Below are positions 20,341-41,878 of a stretch of 64,000 nucleotides of DNA, in pieces (within the stretch, counting starts at the first letter, position 1; each line of letters starts with the position of its first letter). Origin of the DNA: Eimeria praecox (lineage: Eukaryota). A program made the translations under genes and the position numbers. A model generated the notes under the pieces. The model was not told the origin of the DNA and searched no databases. It saw nothing but the letters and a program-made list of their open reading frames with translations. The stretch is taken from positions 1,550,001-1,614,000 of the forward strand of contig OY986948.1 of the NCBI GenBank assembly GCA_963920595.1. The letters are read 5' to 3'.

Positions 20341-20796
20341 ACAGCAGCAACAGCAGCAGCAGCAGCAGCAACAGCGGCGACAACAACAGCAGCAACGACG
20401 GGAACAACAGCAGCAACAACAGCAGCAGCAGGATGTGTGACGATTGCTTCAGCTGCAGCAGCAACGGCAGCCACAGTGATAGCAGCAGCAGCAACAGCAG
20501 CAACAGCAGCAACAGCAGCAGCTGCAGATACACCACAGGCAGCAGAATAGTCAGCTGTGCTCCTGCCTACGTCTACAGCGGATGCTTTGAGCTCATTAAG
20601 AATGCTATAGAAGCGACAGTGCAGCAGCACCTGCAACTGCAGCAGGAGCAGCAGCAGCAGCAGCAGCAGCAGCACAACGGGCAGCAGAAGCAGCCGCAGC
20701 AGCAGCAGCAGCAGCAGCAAGAATGGGATTCATTGCCTGTCCGACACTCCCAGTGTATATACAGCTTGCCTTCTATCGGCGAGCTCCCTGCGAACG

Positions 20797-20831
<35 letters not shown>

Positions 20832-20943
20832 AACCAGCAGCAGCAGCAGCAACAGCAGCAGGCCTTATCCATGCCGCCGGTGGATATACATTTGATTTCC
20901 GCTGCAGACGCTGGGGTCATCATTAAGGTATGCCTGCTGCTGT

Positions 20944-21008
<65 letters not shown>

Positions 21009-21147
21009 TTGCTGCTGCTGCTGCTGCTGTTGCTGCTGCTGCCGCAGCAAGCTTGGTTGGTAGGGGAGTCTTTGTTGGAAGTGAGGGACGCTCTGCTGCT
21101 CTCATTGTCTGGGTTGCTGCCGTTGCTGCTGCTGCTGCTGCTGTTGC

Positions 21148-21188
<41 letters not shown>

Positions 21189-21476
21189 GTAAGCGACAGC
21201 GGCGGAGGCCTCTGTCGTACGGAGCAGCAGCTGGCTTGGCAGTTCTTGTATTCGACACGAACAGCACCAACAGACAGAGACAGACAGAGACAGACAGGTG
21301 AGACTTAGGCTGCTGCTGCTGCTGCAGCTGCTGCTGTTGCTGCTGCTGTTGCTGCTGCTGTTGTTGCTGTTGTTGTTGCTGTTGCTGGCGCTGCTGGCGG
21401 GTGTTGCTCCTGCGGTTGCTGCTGCTGCATTTACAGGTGCTGGTGCTCGTCCTAGTGCTGCTGGTGGTGATGCTGC

Positions 21477-21521
<45 letters not shown>

Positions 21522-21700
21522 AGGTGCAGCATTGTTCTCTGGCTGGGGTGTTGGCCTCCCTCTGACTCGGATTTACGCCCGCGCACTCGGGGGAGATGCA
21601 TTCATGGAATCGAGGATAGGGTAATTGCTGCTGCTGCTGCTTTTGCTGCTGCTAGTGCTGCTGCTGCTGGTGCTGCTAGTGCTGCTGCTGCTGGTACTAG

Positions 21701-21731
<31 letters not shown>

Positions 21732-22229
21732 AGCGCTGCTGGTGCTGGTGCAATTGCTGCTGCTGCTGCTAGTGCTGCTTCTGCTGGTGCTAGTGCAGCT
21801 GCTGTTGCTGGTGCTGCTGTTGGTGCTGCTAGTGCTGCAGCAGCTGCTGCTGGTGCTGTTGCTGCTGTTGCTGGTGCTGTTGCTGCTGTTGCTGGTGCTG
21901 TTGCTGCTGTAGCTGGTGGCCGTGCTGTTGTTATTGCTGTCGCTGCTGCTGCTGCGTTTGTTGCTACCTTTGCTGCTATGTTTGCTGCTGTTTCTGTTTC
22001 TGTTGCTGCTGCTGCTGTTGATAACACCATAGATGTAAATGAAGTGCATGCATGTGTGAGGTGCCTATACACCCGAGAGTATGTACATGGGGTGTATGCA
22101 TGCAGACGAGGGACTCGCTCGTATTTGTTCATATCAAATCGACAAACAAATATTTGTTCTACACAAACTCATTTTGCTGCTGCTGTTGCTCCCATCCGCT
22201 GCTGCGATATCTTCTTACGTGCGATTCAC

Positions 22230-22285
<56 letters not shown>

Positions 22286-22319
22286 TGACCCGCGGCAGCA
22301 ACATGATCCGAAGCAGTAG
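17570..22319 (+). CDS. Pyruvate dehydrogenase / branched-chain ketoacid dehydrogenase kinase family protein (GHKL ATPase fold); start uncertain because of the gap
   Basis: Exons ...-19886, 20164-20927, 21189-21297, ~21524-21620, 22106-22319. Motifs: FLEAFFGGRVAAEIL, N-box FELIKNAIEATV, G1 IKVSDSGGG, WQFLYST, G2 SGWGVGLPLTRIYARALGGD, then ESRIGRGT. Confidence 0.85.
17961..18160. other. Assembly gap (200 N) inside CAG repeats
   Basis: Run of N flanked by CAG/CAA tracts. Confidence 1.
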
Positions 22320-22478
22320 CTGCTGGCGGACAACTAACCGACAGCAGCAGCTGCTGCAGCAGCTGCAGCAGCAGCAGCAGCTGCAGCAGCAGCTGCAGCA
22401 GCAGCGCTTTCTGCCGATCGCTCCTCTACTTACCTCAGTAGCAGGTGGTAGCAGCAGCATGAGCAGCATATTTTGCTG

Positions 22479-22512
<34 letters not shown>

Positions 22513-22565
22513 GCAGCAGCAACGCGAACAAACAGGGCCAGGGACTTTTGAGAGGTAGCCCTATC

Positions 22566-22600
<35 letters not shown>

Positions 22601-22637
22601 CTATTTTTTTTCAAAGCCAGGGCCCACCCGTCTCAGT

Positions 22638-22670
<33 letters not shown>

Positions 22671-23356
22671 CGCAGCAGCAGTAGCAGCACGCGGGAAGCA
22701 GCTGCATCTGCAGCAGCAGCAGCAGCTGCTGCAGCAACAGAAGGGTGTATTTGGCGGGGTGAGTAGCCCCTAGGCCCTGCTGCTGCCGCAGCAGCAGCAG
22801 CAAACGCTGCAGCAGCAGCACAAACAGCAGCACCCCTGCTGCGGCAGCAGCAGCAGCAGCAGAGACAGCTGCTATGAAAACTAAACCACTTAACTATTTG
22901 TAATGTGCCGAGTGCATGCTTCACTCTACTTACTTGCTGCAGGAACAGCAGCAGCAGCAGCAGCAGCAGCTGCTGCTGCTGCTGCTGCTGCTAGGGTCGC
23001 ATATAGCTGTGTTCACACGCGCACGGAGTCAAAGCTTTACTGAGAGCAGCAGCAGCAACACACGGTGCTGCAGCAGCACCAGCAGCAGCACACGGTGCTG
23101 CAGCAGCAGCACCAGCAGCAAGACACAGTGCAGCAGCAGCACCAGCAGCAGCTGCTGCTGCAGCGAAGGGCGTAGGCTTGTGTGTAACAGCAGCAGCAGC
23201 AGCAGCAGCATTCCCAGGGTGTTGCTGCTGCTGCGCTGCCAACAGCAGCAGCAGCTGCTGCTGCCTGCTGTGTATGCAGACACCTCGGCAGACTATTCCT
23301 AACAGTAGCAGCAGCAGCAACAGCAGCAATTGTTGCTGCTGCTGCTGCTGCTTCCT

Positions 23357-23442
<86 letters not shown>

Positions 23443-23531
23443 GGGAGTTGATGCAGCAAAGACGGAATTTCATCGCTTCAAATGTATGGTTTATGGGCGC
23501 AGCAACAGCAGCAGCAGCTGCTGCTGCTACA

Positions 23532-23573
<42 letters not shown>

Positions 23574-23584
23574 TACTAACGCTA

Positions 23585-23755
23585 CTACGTGCGGCGGCAA
23601 GGCGCAGGCATCGGCCGTAGAGCAGCAAGCAGCTTCGCTGTTGACTCTGCTGCTGCTGCTGCAGGCATTGCTGCTGCTGCAGGCATTGCTGCTGCTGCTG
23701 CTGCAGCAAACTGCTGCTGACGAAGCAGAAGCTGCTGCTGCACTGAGGGCTGCAC

Positions 23756-23786
<31 letters not shown>

Positions 23787-23882
23787 GGAGACAGCGGGAT
23801 GCTAGGCGACGGTGTAGACAAACCAGCAGAGGCTAAATCTGCAGCTGAGTGTTTGTCTTGCTGCTGCTGATGTTGCTGCTGC

Positions 23883-23918
<36 letters not shown>

Positions 23919-23997
23919 GGCATAGAGTAGCGATCAAGGTACAGCTGCAGCTGGCGAGAGGTCAGCTCCTTGTTGAGACGTGCATTCACTGCAGCAG

Positions 23998-24044
<47 letters not shown>

Positions 24045-24176
24045 AAAGCAGCACAATGACAGCAGGTTATTAAGCAGCAGCAACGGCAGTAGCAGCAGAA
24101 GAAGCCACAGTAGCAACAGCAGCAGCACCAACGGGCAGAGCAGCGGCTACCCCAGCAGCAGCAACAGCAGCAGCAA

Positions 24177-24208
<32 letters not shown>

Positions 24209-24311
24209 GCAGCAGCATTTACTCTCTCTGGCTGCCTCTAATTCTGCCTGAAGCTTCTGGACTTGGGAAGCGAGATTCTGGCACTCTGCTTGCAGCATTT
24301 GCTGCTGCTGT

Positions 24312-24343
<32 letters not shown>

Positions 24344-24657
24344 CTGCTGCTGTCTTTGTTGCTGCTGCGCGTCTTCTAGCTCCTTAAGCTTCGCCTGTGC
24401 CTCTTTCATCGCCTGCAGCAGCAGCAACAGCGGCAGAAACTACAGCAGCAGCAACTCCAGCAGCAGCAGCAAACAGCCACAGAAGCGGCAGCTACAGCAG
24501 CAGCAGCAGCAGCAACTGCAGCAGCAGCAACATCATCTCACCGCTGCTGCTGCTGCAGCATCTGCAGCACTTTGCTTCGCTTTGGCTTTGCTGCTGCGTA
24601 GCGACTGCTGCAGCTTTGCAACTACTTCATTCCCCTGCAACACAACAGACACACTGC

Positions 24658-24716
<59 letters not shown>

Positions 24717-26364
24717 GTAAGCAAAGAAAGAAGAAAAACAAACGAAGAGACAAACAAACAAACAAAACAGAGCAGCAATTAAAAACAAAGAGAGAGAAAG
24801 ACAGCAGCAGCAACAGCAGCAACAGCAGCAACAGCAGCAACCCCACACGTTCCAGTTCTCGTAGTAGATGGTCTACTTCAGCAGCACGAGCTGTATGCTC
24901 AGCTTTGATTTGCTGCAGCTCCTGCTGCAGTTGCTGCTGCTGGCTGCTGCGCTCCTGCTGCTGCTGCTCTGCCTGTTTTGCTGCTGCAGTCAAACTCCTC
25001 AGCTGCTCCTCTAAGCGGTTCTTCTGCTGCTGCAGCTGCTGCAGCTCCTCCCCCTGCAGCAGCAGCTGCTGCTGTGAATGTCTAGCTGCTTGCTGCACTG
25101 CCTTCTCGCCTGCAGCAGCAGCAGCAGCAGCAGCACGAGCATCAGCTAGTTCCTCCTCTACCGCCAGCAGCTGCTGCTGCTGCTCCGACGCAGCGGCTTC
25201 CAGCTGCAGCAAACCACGCAGCCACACAAGCAGAAACACAAACAGTCTTCGCAGCAGCAGCAGCAGCAACACAGCAGCAGCAGCAGCAACGCAGCAACGC
25301 AGCAGCAGCAAGGCAGCAGCAAGGCAGCAGCAGCAGCAGCAAGGCAGCAGCAGCAGCAGCAAGGCAGCAGCAGCAGCAATAACAAACCTGTAGAACCCGC
25401 TGCTCTGCACTCTGTAGCCGCTGCGTGAGGTGCTGACATTTCTCCTCGTGCTGCTGCTGCTGCTGTTGCTGCTGCTGTTGGTGATGCAGCAACAGCTGCC
25501 GCTGCTGCTCCTCTGCAGCAGCTGCTGCTTCTTCTTGTTGCTGCTGCTGCTGCTGCGCCAGCTGCACTAGAGAAGCCTCTCTGAATCCACAGCAGAATGC
25601 AGCATACAAAAGACAGCGGTGCTGCTGTTGCTGCTGCTGCTGTTCCTGCTGCTGCTGTTGCTGCTGCTGTTGCTGCTGCTGTTGTTGCCGTTGCTGCGGT
25701 TGCTGGTGCTGCGGTTGCTGGTGTTGCTGTTGCTGCTGCTGTTGCTGTTGCTGCTGCTGATAGAGGTTGCTACGCTGAGTAGGGTTGAGGAAGAGCACTA
25801 TCTTACGTTTGCTGCTGCTGCTGCTGCAGCAGCAGCAGCAGCTGACGATTTTCTCGTTGAAGGTCTGCTGCTGCTCCCCGGAACGTCGCGCAGTGACGCT
25901 GCAGCAGCAGCAGCAAAGCGAGCGCAGCAGCAGCACCAAGTCCGTACACCGCAGCAACAGCAGCAGCAACAGCAGCATCAACAGCAGCATCAACAGTAGC
26001 AGCAGCATCAACAGCACAATCAACAGCAGCAGCAGCATCAACAGCAGCAGCAGCATCAACAGCAGCAGCATCAAAAGCAGCAGCAGCATCAACAGCAGCA
26101 TCAACAGCAGCAGCAGCATCAACAGCAGCAGCAGCAGCAGCATCAACAGCAGCAGCAGCATCAACAGCAGCAGCAGCAGCAGAGCTTTACCTGGAAGTAC
26201 TGGAGGTGAGACGTGAGGTGCCTATACACCTCAGCAGCAGTCCCTGACTTGAGATCAAAGTATAGATGTATTAATTCTTTAAATGCATTTGTTTCTATCA
26301 GCCGCAGCACAGCTGCAGCAGGAGGCGCTTTGGCTGCTGCTGCTGCTGCTGCTGCTGCTCCTGA

Positions 26365-26396
<32 letters not shown>

Positions 26397-27189
26397 CAAC
26401 CGCACGCCGTGCTGCTGCAGCTGCTGCTGCTGCTGCAGGCTCCTCCCCAGCAGACAAAGATGTTGCTGCTGCAGCAGCAACAGTAGACGCCCCAGCCAAA
26501 CCAGCAGCAGCAGCAGCAGCAGCCTGTGCAGCAGCAGCCTCTGGAGACAAGACCAACACTGCAACTAACCTGCAACAGCAGCAGCAGCAGCAGCAGCAGC
26601 GGCAGCAGCGCGGATATGCAAGAACTGCAGCCGCAACAACAGCAGCAGCAGCAACAGCAGCAGCAGCAACAGCAGCAGCAGCAACACAGCTTACCGTTGC
26701 TGCAGCGGCTCTGCAGCAGCATCAGCAATACACTCCTTCACGAGATCAACAACCTGAGGGCAGCAGCAGCAAACCCCAAGCATGTCCCTGTGCTAGGGTT
26801 TAGGGTTTGTTAGGGTTTAGGGTTTATTAGGGTTTAGGGTTTATTAGGGTCTAGGCGTACCCTGAAGCCGAAAGCCTTGAAGTCTACACGTAGCTGCTGC
26901 TGCTGCTGCAGAGCAGCAAAACTGCTGCTGGTGATGCTGCAGCTGAAGAGGAAGGGAGGACACTCAGGATCGCTCAGCTCCACCCGCAGCCCCTGCAGCA
27001 GCAGCAGCAGCAGCAGCAGCAATAGCAGCAGCAGCAGCAATAGCAGCAGCAACAGCAATAGCAGCAGCAACAGCAATAGCAGCAGCAGCAGCAATAGCAG
27101 CAGCAACAGCAACTAGCATCAAGTTTTTTCTGCTGTCTTCCACGTGAGCGCAGAAGCAGCAGCGAAACCAACAACTGCAGCAGCAGCAA

Positions 27190-27233
<44 letters not shown>

Positions 27234-27382
27234 GCAGCACCCGTACCTCGTTGTCTTTGTACAACCTAAAACATAAACTCCTTGCATATCCAACATTGTT
27301 GCTGCTGCTGCTGCTGCTGCAGTCCTGCTGCGTGGCTATACGGACCTTCATTCGTGAGCTGTACATACACACGGTTCCTGGT

Positions 27383-27415
<33 letters not shown>

Positions 27416-27684
27416 CACCAACAGCCATCAACACCGCAGGGACCTAAGTCTCGCAGCTCCTCGCTGCTGCAGCAGCAGCTGCTACTCAGGTGCTGTTGGT
27501 TGCTGCCTACACATCCTCTTGCTGTTGTTGCTGGGTCTGCTGCTGCTGTTGCTGCTGCTGCGTCTGCTGCTGCTGCTGCTGCTGCTGCTGCAGCAGCAGC
27601 AGCAGGGTGCGCCTCAGCGTGAGGCAGTATATGCCATGAGGGATTTGGGCAAGGACAAGCAGAGAAACCGCCGCAGCTGCAGCC

Positions 27685-27728
<44 letters not shown>

Positions 27729-28392
27729 CTGTAGAGCTGCGGCTGCCAGCAGACAAGAGAGCCCCACCCCTGCAGCAAGCTGACAGAGGCGCAGCAGAGG
27801 TTTGTATCTGCTGCTGCAGCTGCCGTTCTTGCTGCTCCTGTTCCTGCTGCTGCTGCTGTTGTTGTTGCTGCTGCTGCTGCAGGTCGTGAACCGCGGGGTG
27901 CTGCTGGTGCTGCTGGGGTAGGTCCTGCTGCTGCTGGTGCTGCTGCTGCTGCTGCTGCTGCAGCTGGAGTTGTTGCTGCGCCAGCTGTTGCCGCAGGCGC
28001 TCTACCTCTTCGTGGATGCTGTGGCGCTGCTGCTGCTGCTGCTGCTGCTGCAGCTGCTGGAGCTGCTGCTGTCGCTGCAGCAGCTGTTGGTGATAGCTTT
28101 GCTCGGTGCTGCTGCTTCGATGCCACTGCACAGGAAGCTTGGGGGAGAATGCAAGGAGCTGCTGCTGCTGCTGCTGTTGCTGCTGCTGTTGCTGCTGTTG
28201 CTGCCGGTGCTGCTGCCGCTGCAGCTCGCACAACAGAGTCGGCTGCAGTGAGGGACTGAGTGTCTGTAGTTGCTGCTGCTGCTGCTGCTGCTGCTGCGGA
28301 CTGTACAGTCTGTCGGCAGCAGTTGCTGCTGCTGCTGCTCGAGCTGCAGGACCTGGAGGCCCAGCTAAGGCCTCCATCTGCTGCAGCAGCAT
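23585..28392 (-). CDS. SAS6: Centriolar cartwheel protein SAS-6 (N-terminal head + coiled coil); start at 27366 or at the upstream in-frame ATG 28392
   Basis: Exons ..-27247, 26992-26861, 26753-26695, 26569-26191 give LRVELSDPECPPFLFSCSITSSSFAALQQQQQLRVDFKAF / VVDLVKEC / LIETNAFKELIHLYFDL, matching the SAS-6 head motifs (LxVDF, ETNxFKxLxHL). Several E/Q/L-rich coiled-coil exons follow down to ~23585; their boundaries were not fully resolved. Confidence 0.85.
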
Positions 28393-28418
28393 GGAGCAGC
28401 AGCTGCTGCCGCCTGCGG

Positions 28419-28450
<32 letters not shown>

Positions 28451-28563
28451 AACCTGCAGGAGGCAGCAAGCGCAGCAGCAGCAGCAAGCTCAGTACAGGC
28501 AGTTGTTAGGAGCAATTCAACTGCAGCAGCCCCTTGTCGTCAGCGTCAAACCGCTGGTGCAGC

Positions 28564-28608
<45 letters not shown>

Positions 28609-28684
28609 TGCTGCTACAGTGCCTGTCGTCACAGTTCAGCGCGAACCATTAAGTCCCTCTGCATGCTTAAAACTCGAATTTTGC

Positions 28685-28729
<45 letters not shown>

Positions 28730-29041
28730 CAGCACCACGATCACCACCACCCCCACCCCTCTCGAGGCAGCCCCGTTGCAGCAGCAGCAGCAGCAGTTGC
28801 TGCTGCTGCTGCTGTTTCTGTCTAGAATACATTTATAGTTAATTAAATTTATTGACTCGTTGCATGCATATGGCATCGAGGGAGGAGACAGCCACAGCAG
28901 CAGCAGACGCATCAGCTGCAGCAACAGCTACAGCAGCAAGACCTGCTGCTGCTGTCGACTCCTGCAGCAGAGGCACCCTACTGCCTGCTCTGCTGCTGCT
29001 GCTGCTGCTGCTGCTGCTTCATTTGCTGCTTCCGCTTCACT

Positions 29042-29108
29042 ATGAGCAACCTGCAGAGGGGCGATGACCCCCCAGCTGGCGGGGGGGCAACAGCAGCAGC
29101 AGCAGCAC

Positions 29109-29140
<32 letters not shown>

Positions 29141-29484
29141 GCAGCACATGCAGAGCCCGGAAGACTAGCAGCAGCAGCAGCAGCAGGAGAAGGAGCGCCA
29201 CCAGACTTCGCGTTAGATCTCATTACTACCCTGTACAACGGCATCCTCGGCGCTGCCGACGACATCTGCAGCAGCAGCAGCAGCAGCAGCAGCAATGGCA
29301 GCAGCAGCAGCAGCAGCAGCGCGGAAATGTGTCGAGCAGGCCTGCAGCATATGGCAGCAACAGCAGCAACACTAGCAGCAGAAATGATGCCGCAGGAGCT
29401 GCACGAGGCCTTGCAGCAGCTTGCTGCGTTGTCGTCGCTACCAGCAGCAGACAGCAGCAGCAGCAAATATACGGCTGAAGCAGC

Positions 29485-29516
<32 letters not shown>

Positions 29517-29591
29517 TGCATGCGCCTCGGGTGTCTGTCCCCTTTCTTAAACTGGAGGGGTCTGACATATGCGTGCACTTCCCAGCAGACT

Positions 29592-29638
<47 letters not shown>

Positions 29639-29779
29639 ACAACAGCAGCAGCAGCAACAACAGCAGCAGAAGCAGCAGGCGATGCTTCGGAGATAGAAGA
29701 AGGAGCAGCAGCAAAAACAGCACGAGCAAATGCTGCAGCTTCCAGCGCATCCGACGACCCCACAGGACCCCTGCAGCAG

Positions 29780-29831
<52 letters not shown>

Positions 29832-30011
29832 TGGATCCTCAAGAGTGGCAGCAGCAGCAACAGCAGCAGCTGCTGCAGCTCAACGAGCAGCAGCTGCGGC
29901 TGCTCTGTGCTGCTGTTGCTGTTCTTCACGATGCAGCAGTAGAAGAGCTACGATCCTTCTGGGTGGCAGCTCCCCATCTGCTGCAGCAGGTGCAGCAGGC
30001 TGCTGCGACAA

Positions 30012-30057
<46 letters not shown>

Positions 30058-30773
30058 GCAGCAGCAGCATAAACCTACAGATCTGCTGCTGACAACTTGT
30101 AAGGAGGGTCCTGCTGCTGCTGCCTTGCAGGAGCTGCAGCAACTCGCAGGAGGCCGAGACAAACTGCTGCTGCTGCTAGGCCTGAGACCAGCAGCAGCAG
30201 CAGCAGCAGCTGCAGCTGCTGCTGCTGCTGCTGATGCTGCTGCTGACAACAGCGCACATGCATCGAATACACCCGAGGGGGGGAAGGAGACTCGCGCCGA
30301 AGCTGCCGCTGCCGCAGCAACAGCAGCAGCAGCAGACACGCCTGCTGCTGCAGCAGCAGCGCCTACTGCAGCAGCAGCAACAGCCCCTCGCGTTGTATCT
30401 CTAGCAGAAATAAAAGACATACTCCTGCTGCAAGATGTGCAGCAGCAGCAGCAGCAGCGGAGCAGCAGCGCTGCTACGGTGTCTGTGGTGTCTGTGGGCT
30501 CGAGTGTCGCAACCTCCCCAGCAGCAGAAACAGCAGCAGCAGCAGCAGCAGCAGCAGATAGTGCTGGTCGTCCACCTTCACCTCCAGCAGCAGCAGCAGC
30601 AACATCAGCAGCAGCAGCAAGAGGAGAAGAGCAGACGGGGCTGCAGCAAGTGGCGCTGCAGCTGCAGCAGCTGCATGCAGCAGTTCTAGAGGAGACACGT
30701 AAGCTGCAGGAGCTGTCTTCTTTCTACGATATGTTTGCTGCTCAGTCTCTTGGGATTGCTGCAGATACACTCT

Positions 30774-30775
<2 letters not shown>
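29042..30775 (+). CDS. Hypothetical protein, single exon, 577 aa, A/Q-rich with helical islands
   Basis: Long uninterrupted ATG-TAG ORF with non-repetitive blocks between polyA/Q/S tracts. It lies head-to-head with SAS6 and convergent with the P5 ATPase. Confidence 0.7.
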
Positions 30776-30807
<32 letters not shown>

Positions 30808-31158
30808 GCAGCATAGGAGCAGCAGCTGCTACTGCTGCTGCAGCATGCGCCGCTGATAGGATGGCTGCAGCAGCAGCACCTGCTGCTGCTGCTGTTAGGA
30901 AATCAGGTACACTTGCTACCGCAGCAGCAGCAGCAGCAGCGGCTGCTGCTGCTGCAGAAGCAGCAGCTGCTGCATGCAGCAGCAGCAGCTGCTGCTGCTG
31001 CTGCTGCTTGGGGTCAGCCGTTCGTTGGCTGTTTTGAGGAAACGTAATCTGCAGCTAACAGATGGCTGGCAATCTGTCAAGCGTGGGATAGCTAGCTAGC
31101 TAGCTAGGTAGCTAGCTAGCTAGCTAGCTGTTTAACTATCTATCTCTCTATGTACTGA

Positions 31159-31210
<52 letters not shown>

Positions 31211-31648
31211 GCGTAGTTAGCTACGTGTCGAGCTAGCTATCTGGCTAGCTAGCTACATGTCTGGCTAGCTATCTGGCTAGCTAGCTATCTGGCTAGCTAG
31301 CTATATGGCTAGCTAGCTGATTAGCTGATTAGCTAGCAAGCTAGCTGACTGAAGTGGTGGGGATGAGAGTCCCGGGCTTGCGGCGCCACCTGTCTTCAGG
31401 CGCCCCAGATACAGAGACAGCTAGCTAGCTAGCCAGCCAGCTAGCTAGCCAGTCAGCTAGCTAGCTAGCTAGCTAGCTAGCTAGCTAGCTAGCTAGCTAA
31501 CTTACTAAGTAAAGAGTTGATTGTCGTCAAAGTAGAAGAGTCTATAGGGCAAATCGCCAATAAGGAGAAGCTGTTAACTGCTGCTGCTGCTGCAGCTGCT
31601 GCAGCAGCAGCAGCAGCATTGAGTACTGCTGGTGGTGGGTTTCAGTGG

Positions 31649-31685
<37 letters not shown>

Positions 31686-31704
31686 CCAACTGCAGCAACT
31701 GCTG

Positions 31705-39429
<7,725 letters not shown>

Positions 39430-40172
39430 CCCCAAACCCTAAACCCTAAACCCTAAACCCTAAACCCTAGACTGGAAGCCGCAGCAATTAACCCTAGACC
39501 TAGTGGTGTGGGCTTCGCCCCAGCCCCTGTGGGCGAGCTACACCTTGTTATGCGTCGGTGTCACCGGTTATATTAGGGTTTAGGGTTTAGGGTTTAGGGT
39601 TTAGGGTTTAGGGTTTACGATTGCAGTTTTCTTGGCTGTCTTCAGAGGCATCCACAAGACGGAAAGGCCGTAAGTGGGGTTTGGGGTTTAGGGTTTAGGG
39701 TTTAGGGTTTTGGTGCTTCATGATTATTTGGTAGGGTTTGGGGCTTTGGGCTTGGTTAGAGGATGATGTCGGGTGTACAGACAGCAGCACTAGGCGTTGT
39801 AGGTCTTAGGGAGGAAGCAGTTTCAGTGTTTGTATTGTAGGAAGAAGCTGCAATATATAATATTAAGAATAAAGGGATTAGGGTTAACGGTGTTTAGGTC
39901 TAAGAATTACTAGGATTTAAGATATAGGGTCTAGGGTTTAGGGTTTAGGGTTTAGGGTTTAGGGTTTAGGGTTTAGGGTTTAGGGTTTAGGGTTTAGGGT
40001 CTGGGTCGGGGCTTGTGACAGTCTAGCGCTCTGTGCGCTGTCTCGCCTGGCGGCCACTGAGCGTCGTTGTTTGTATTGTGTTTGTTTGTTTGCATTTATA
40101 TGTTTGTTTTTATATTTAATTATAGAATTAGTGTTTGTTTTTATAGTAATAATAATTAATATTTTTATAAAA

Positions 40173-40550
40173 ATGAAGATTTGTGCTTCCTTGGCGGCTG
40201 CTGCTGCGGTGGCTGCTGCGGTGTCTGTTGGCGCAGCTGTAGGTACACCTGAGGCCATCCCGAAATTATCGGGCGAGAAGTTGGCAGAATTAATGCAACT
40301 AAGTTTAAATGAAATTAAAAATAGAATGCAGATTATATTCTCCCTCGTAGACACAAATGGTGATGGCTCTATAACCCCTGATGAGGCTGAGGCTTGGAGT
40401 TCTCGTCTTAAACAAGCTATGCATAAACATCAAGTCAAACAGGAATTTCTGTCCATAGACAAAGATAATGATGGAAAAATTACCCTCGAAGAATTGGAGG
40501 TCACATACACAGACGGAAGCGACCCTGCAAGTCAGGAGGCCCATAAGGTA

Positions 40551-40612
<62 letters not shown>

Positions 40613-41226
40613 GTCTTTAGGGTTTAGGGTTTAGGGTTTAGAGTCATACATATGTAGAGTTTAGGGTTTAGGGTTTACGGTTTAGGGTTTAGGGTTAAGA
40701 AGAGGATTTTCAGATGCAGAATTTAGGGTTTTGAGGTTAGAGTTGGGGATGAGGGGGAGAGATATAGGGTTTAATGAATAGGGGGTTTAGGGTTTAGGGA
40801 GGAGGGGGGGGGGAGACATATGAGTTTGGGGGTTAAGAGGTAGTTTAGGGTTTAGGGTTTAGGGTTTAGGGTTTAGGGTTTGAGGGTGCCTGTTTTTTCA
40901 GGAAGATGTACAGAAGCGATTTGCCGCCGTAGACAAAGATAAAAGTAAGTGAATGTCATGTGATGGGGCACATCATCTAGGGTTTAGGGTTTAGGGTTTA
41001 AATCATCTAGGGTTTAGGGTCTAGGGTTTAGATCATCTAGGGTTTAGGGTTTAGGGTTTAGGGTTTAGGGTTTGCGTACAGGTGGAAGCTTAAGCCTTGA
41101 TGAGGTCACGATTCTTATGGACCCTGGCAAGGATGAAGTGTTGATGCAGATAGAAGTTGATGAGATCATGGCGGTGAGTTGAGGGTTTATTGTCTAGGGT
41201 TTAGGGTTTAGATCATCTAGGGTTTA

Positions 41227-41295
<69 letters not shown>

Positions 41296-41614
41296 GGCTT
41301 TTGTTTATGTTTGCTATCTCTTCAGGCACAAGACAAAGACAAAGACGGCAGTATCTCTCTAGAAGAATTCCTACAAAACGAAGGCGGTGAGCCTCTCCCC
41401 TAAGCAGCAGCAGCAGACACAGCAGCAGCAGCAGACACAGCAGCAGCAGCAGACACAGCAGCAGCAGCAGACACCAGCAGCAGCAGCAGACACGGCAGCA
41501 ACAGCAGCAGCGGACAGAGCATGGCCTTGCCTAGTATAAATATAGACATATATACACGCACATATCTATATATGTATATGTATCTATCTATGTCTATCTA
41601 TCTATATCTATATC

Positions 41615-41654
<40 letters not shown>

Positions 41655-41784
41655 AATATCTATCTCTCTCTCTATATATATATATATATATAGATCGATA
41701 GATATAGGTATAGATATATATTTAGAGAGGGAGAGGGAGACAGAGCTAAATAAATGGACATACATATGTATAGCAATATATCTA

Positions 41785-41878
<94 letters not shown>

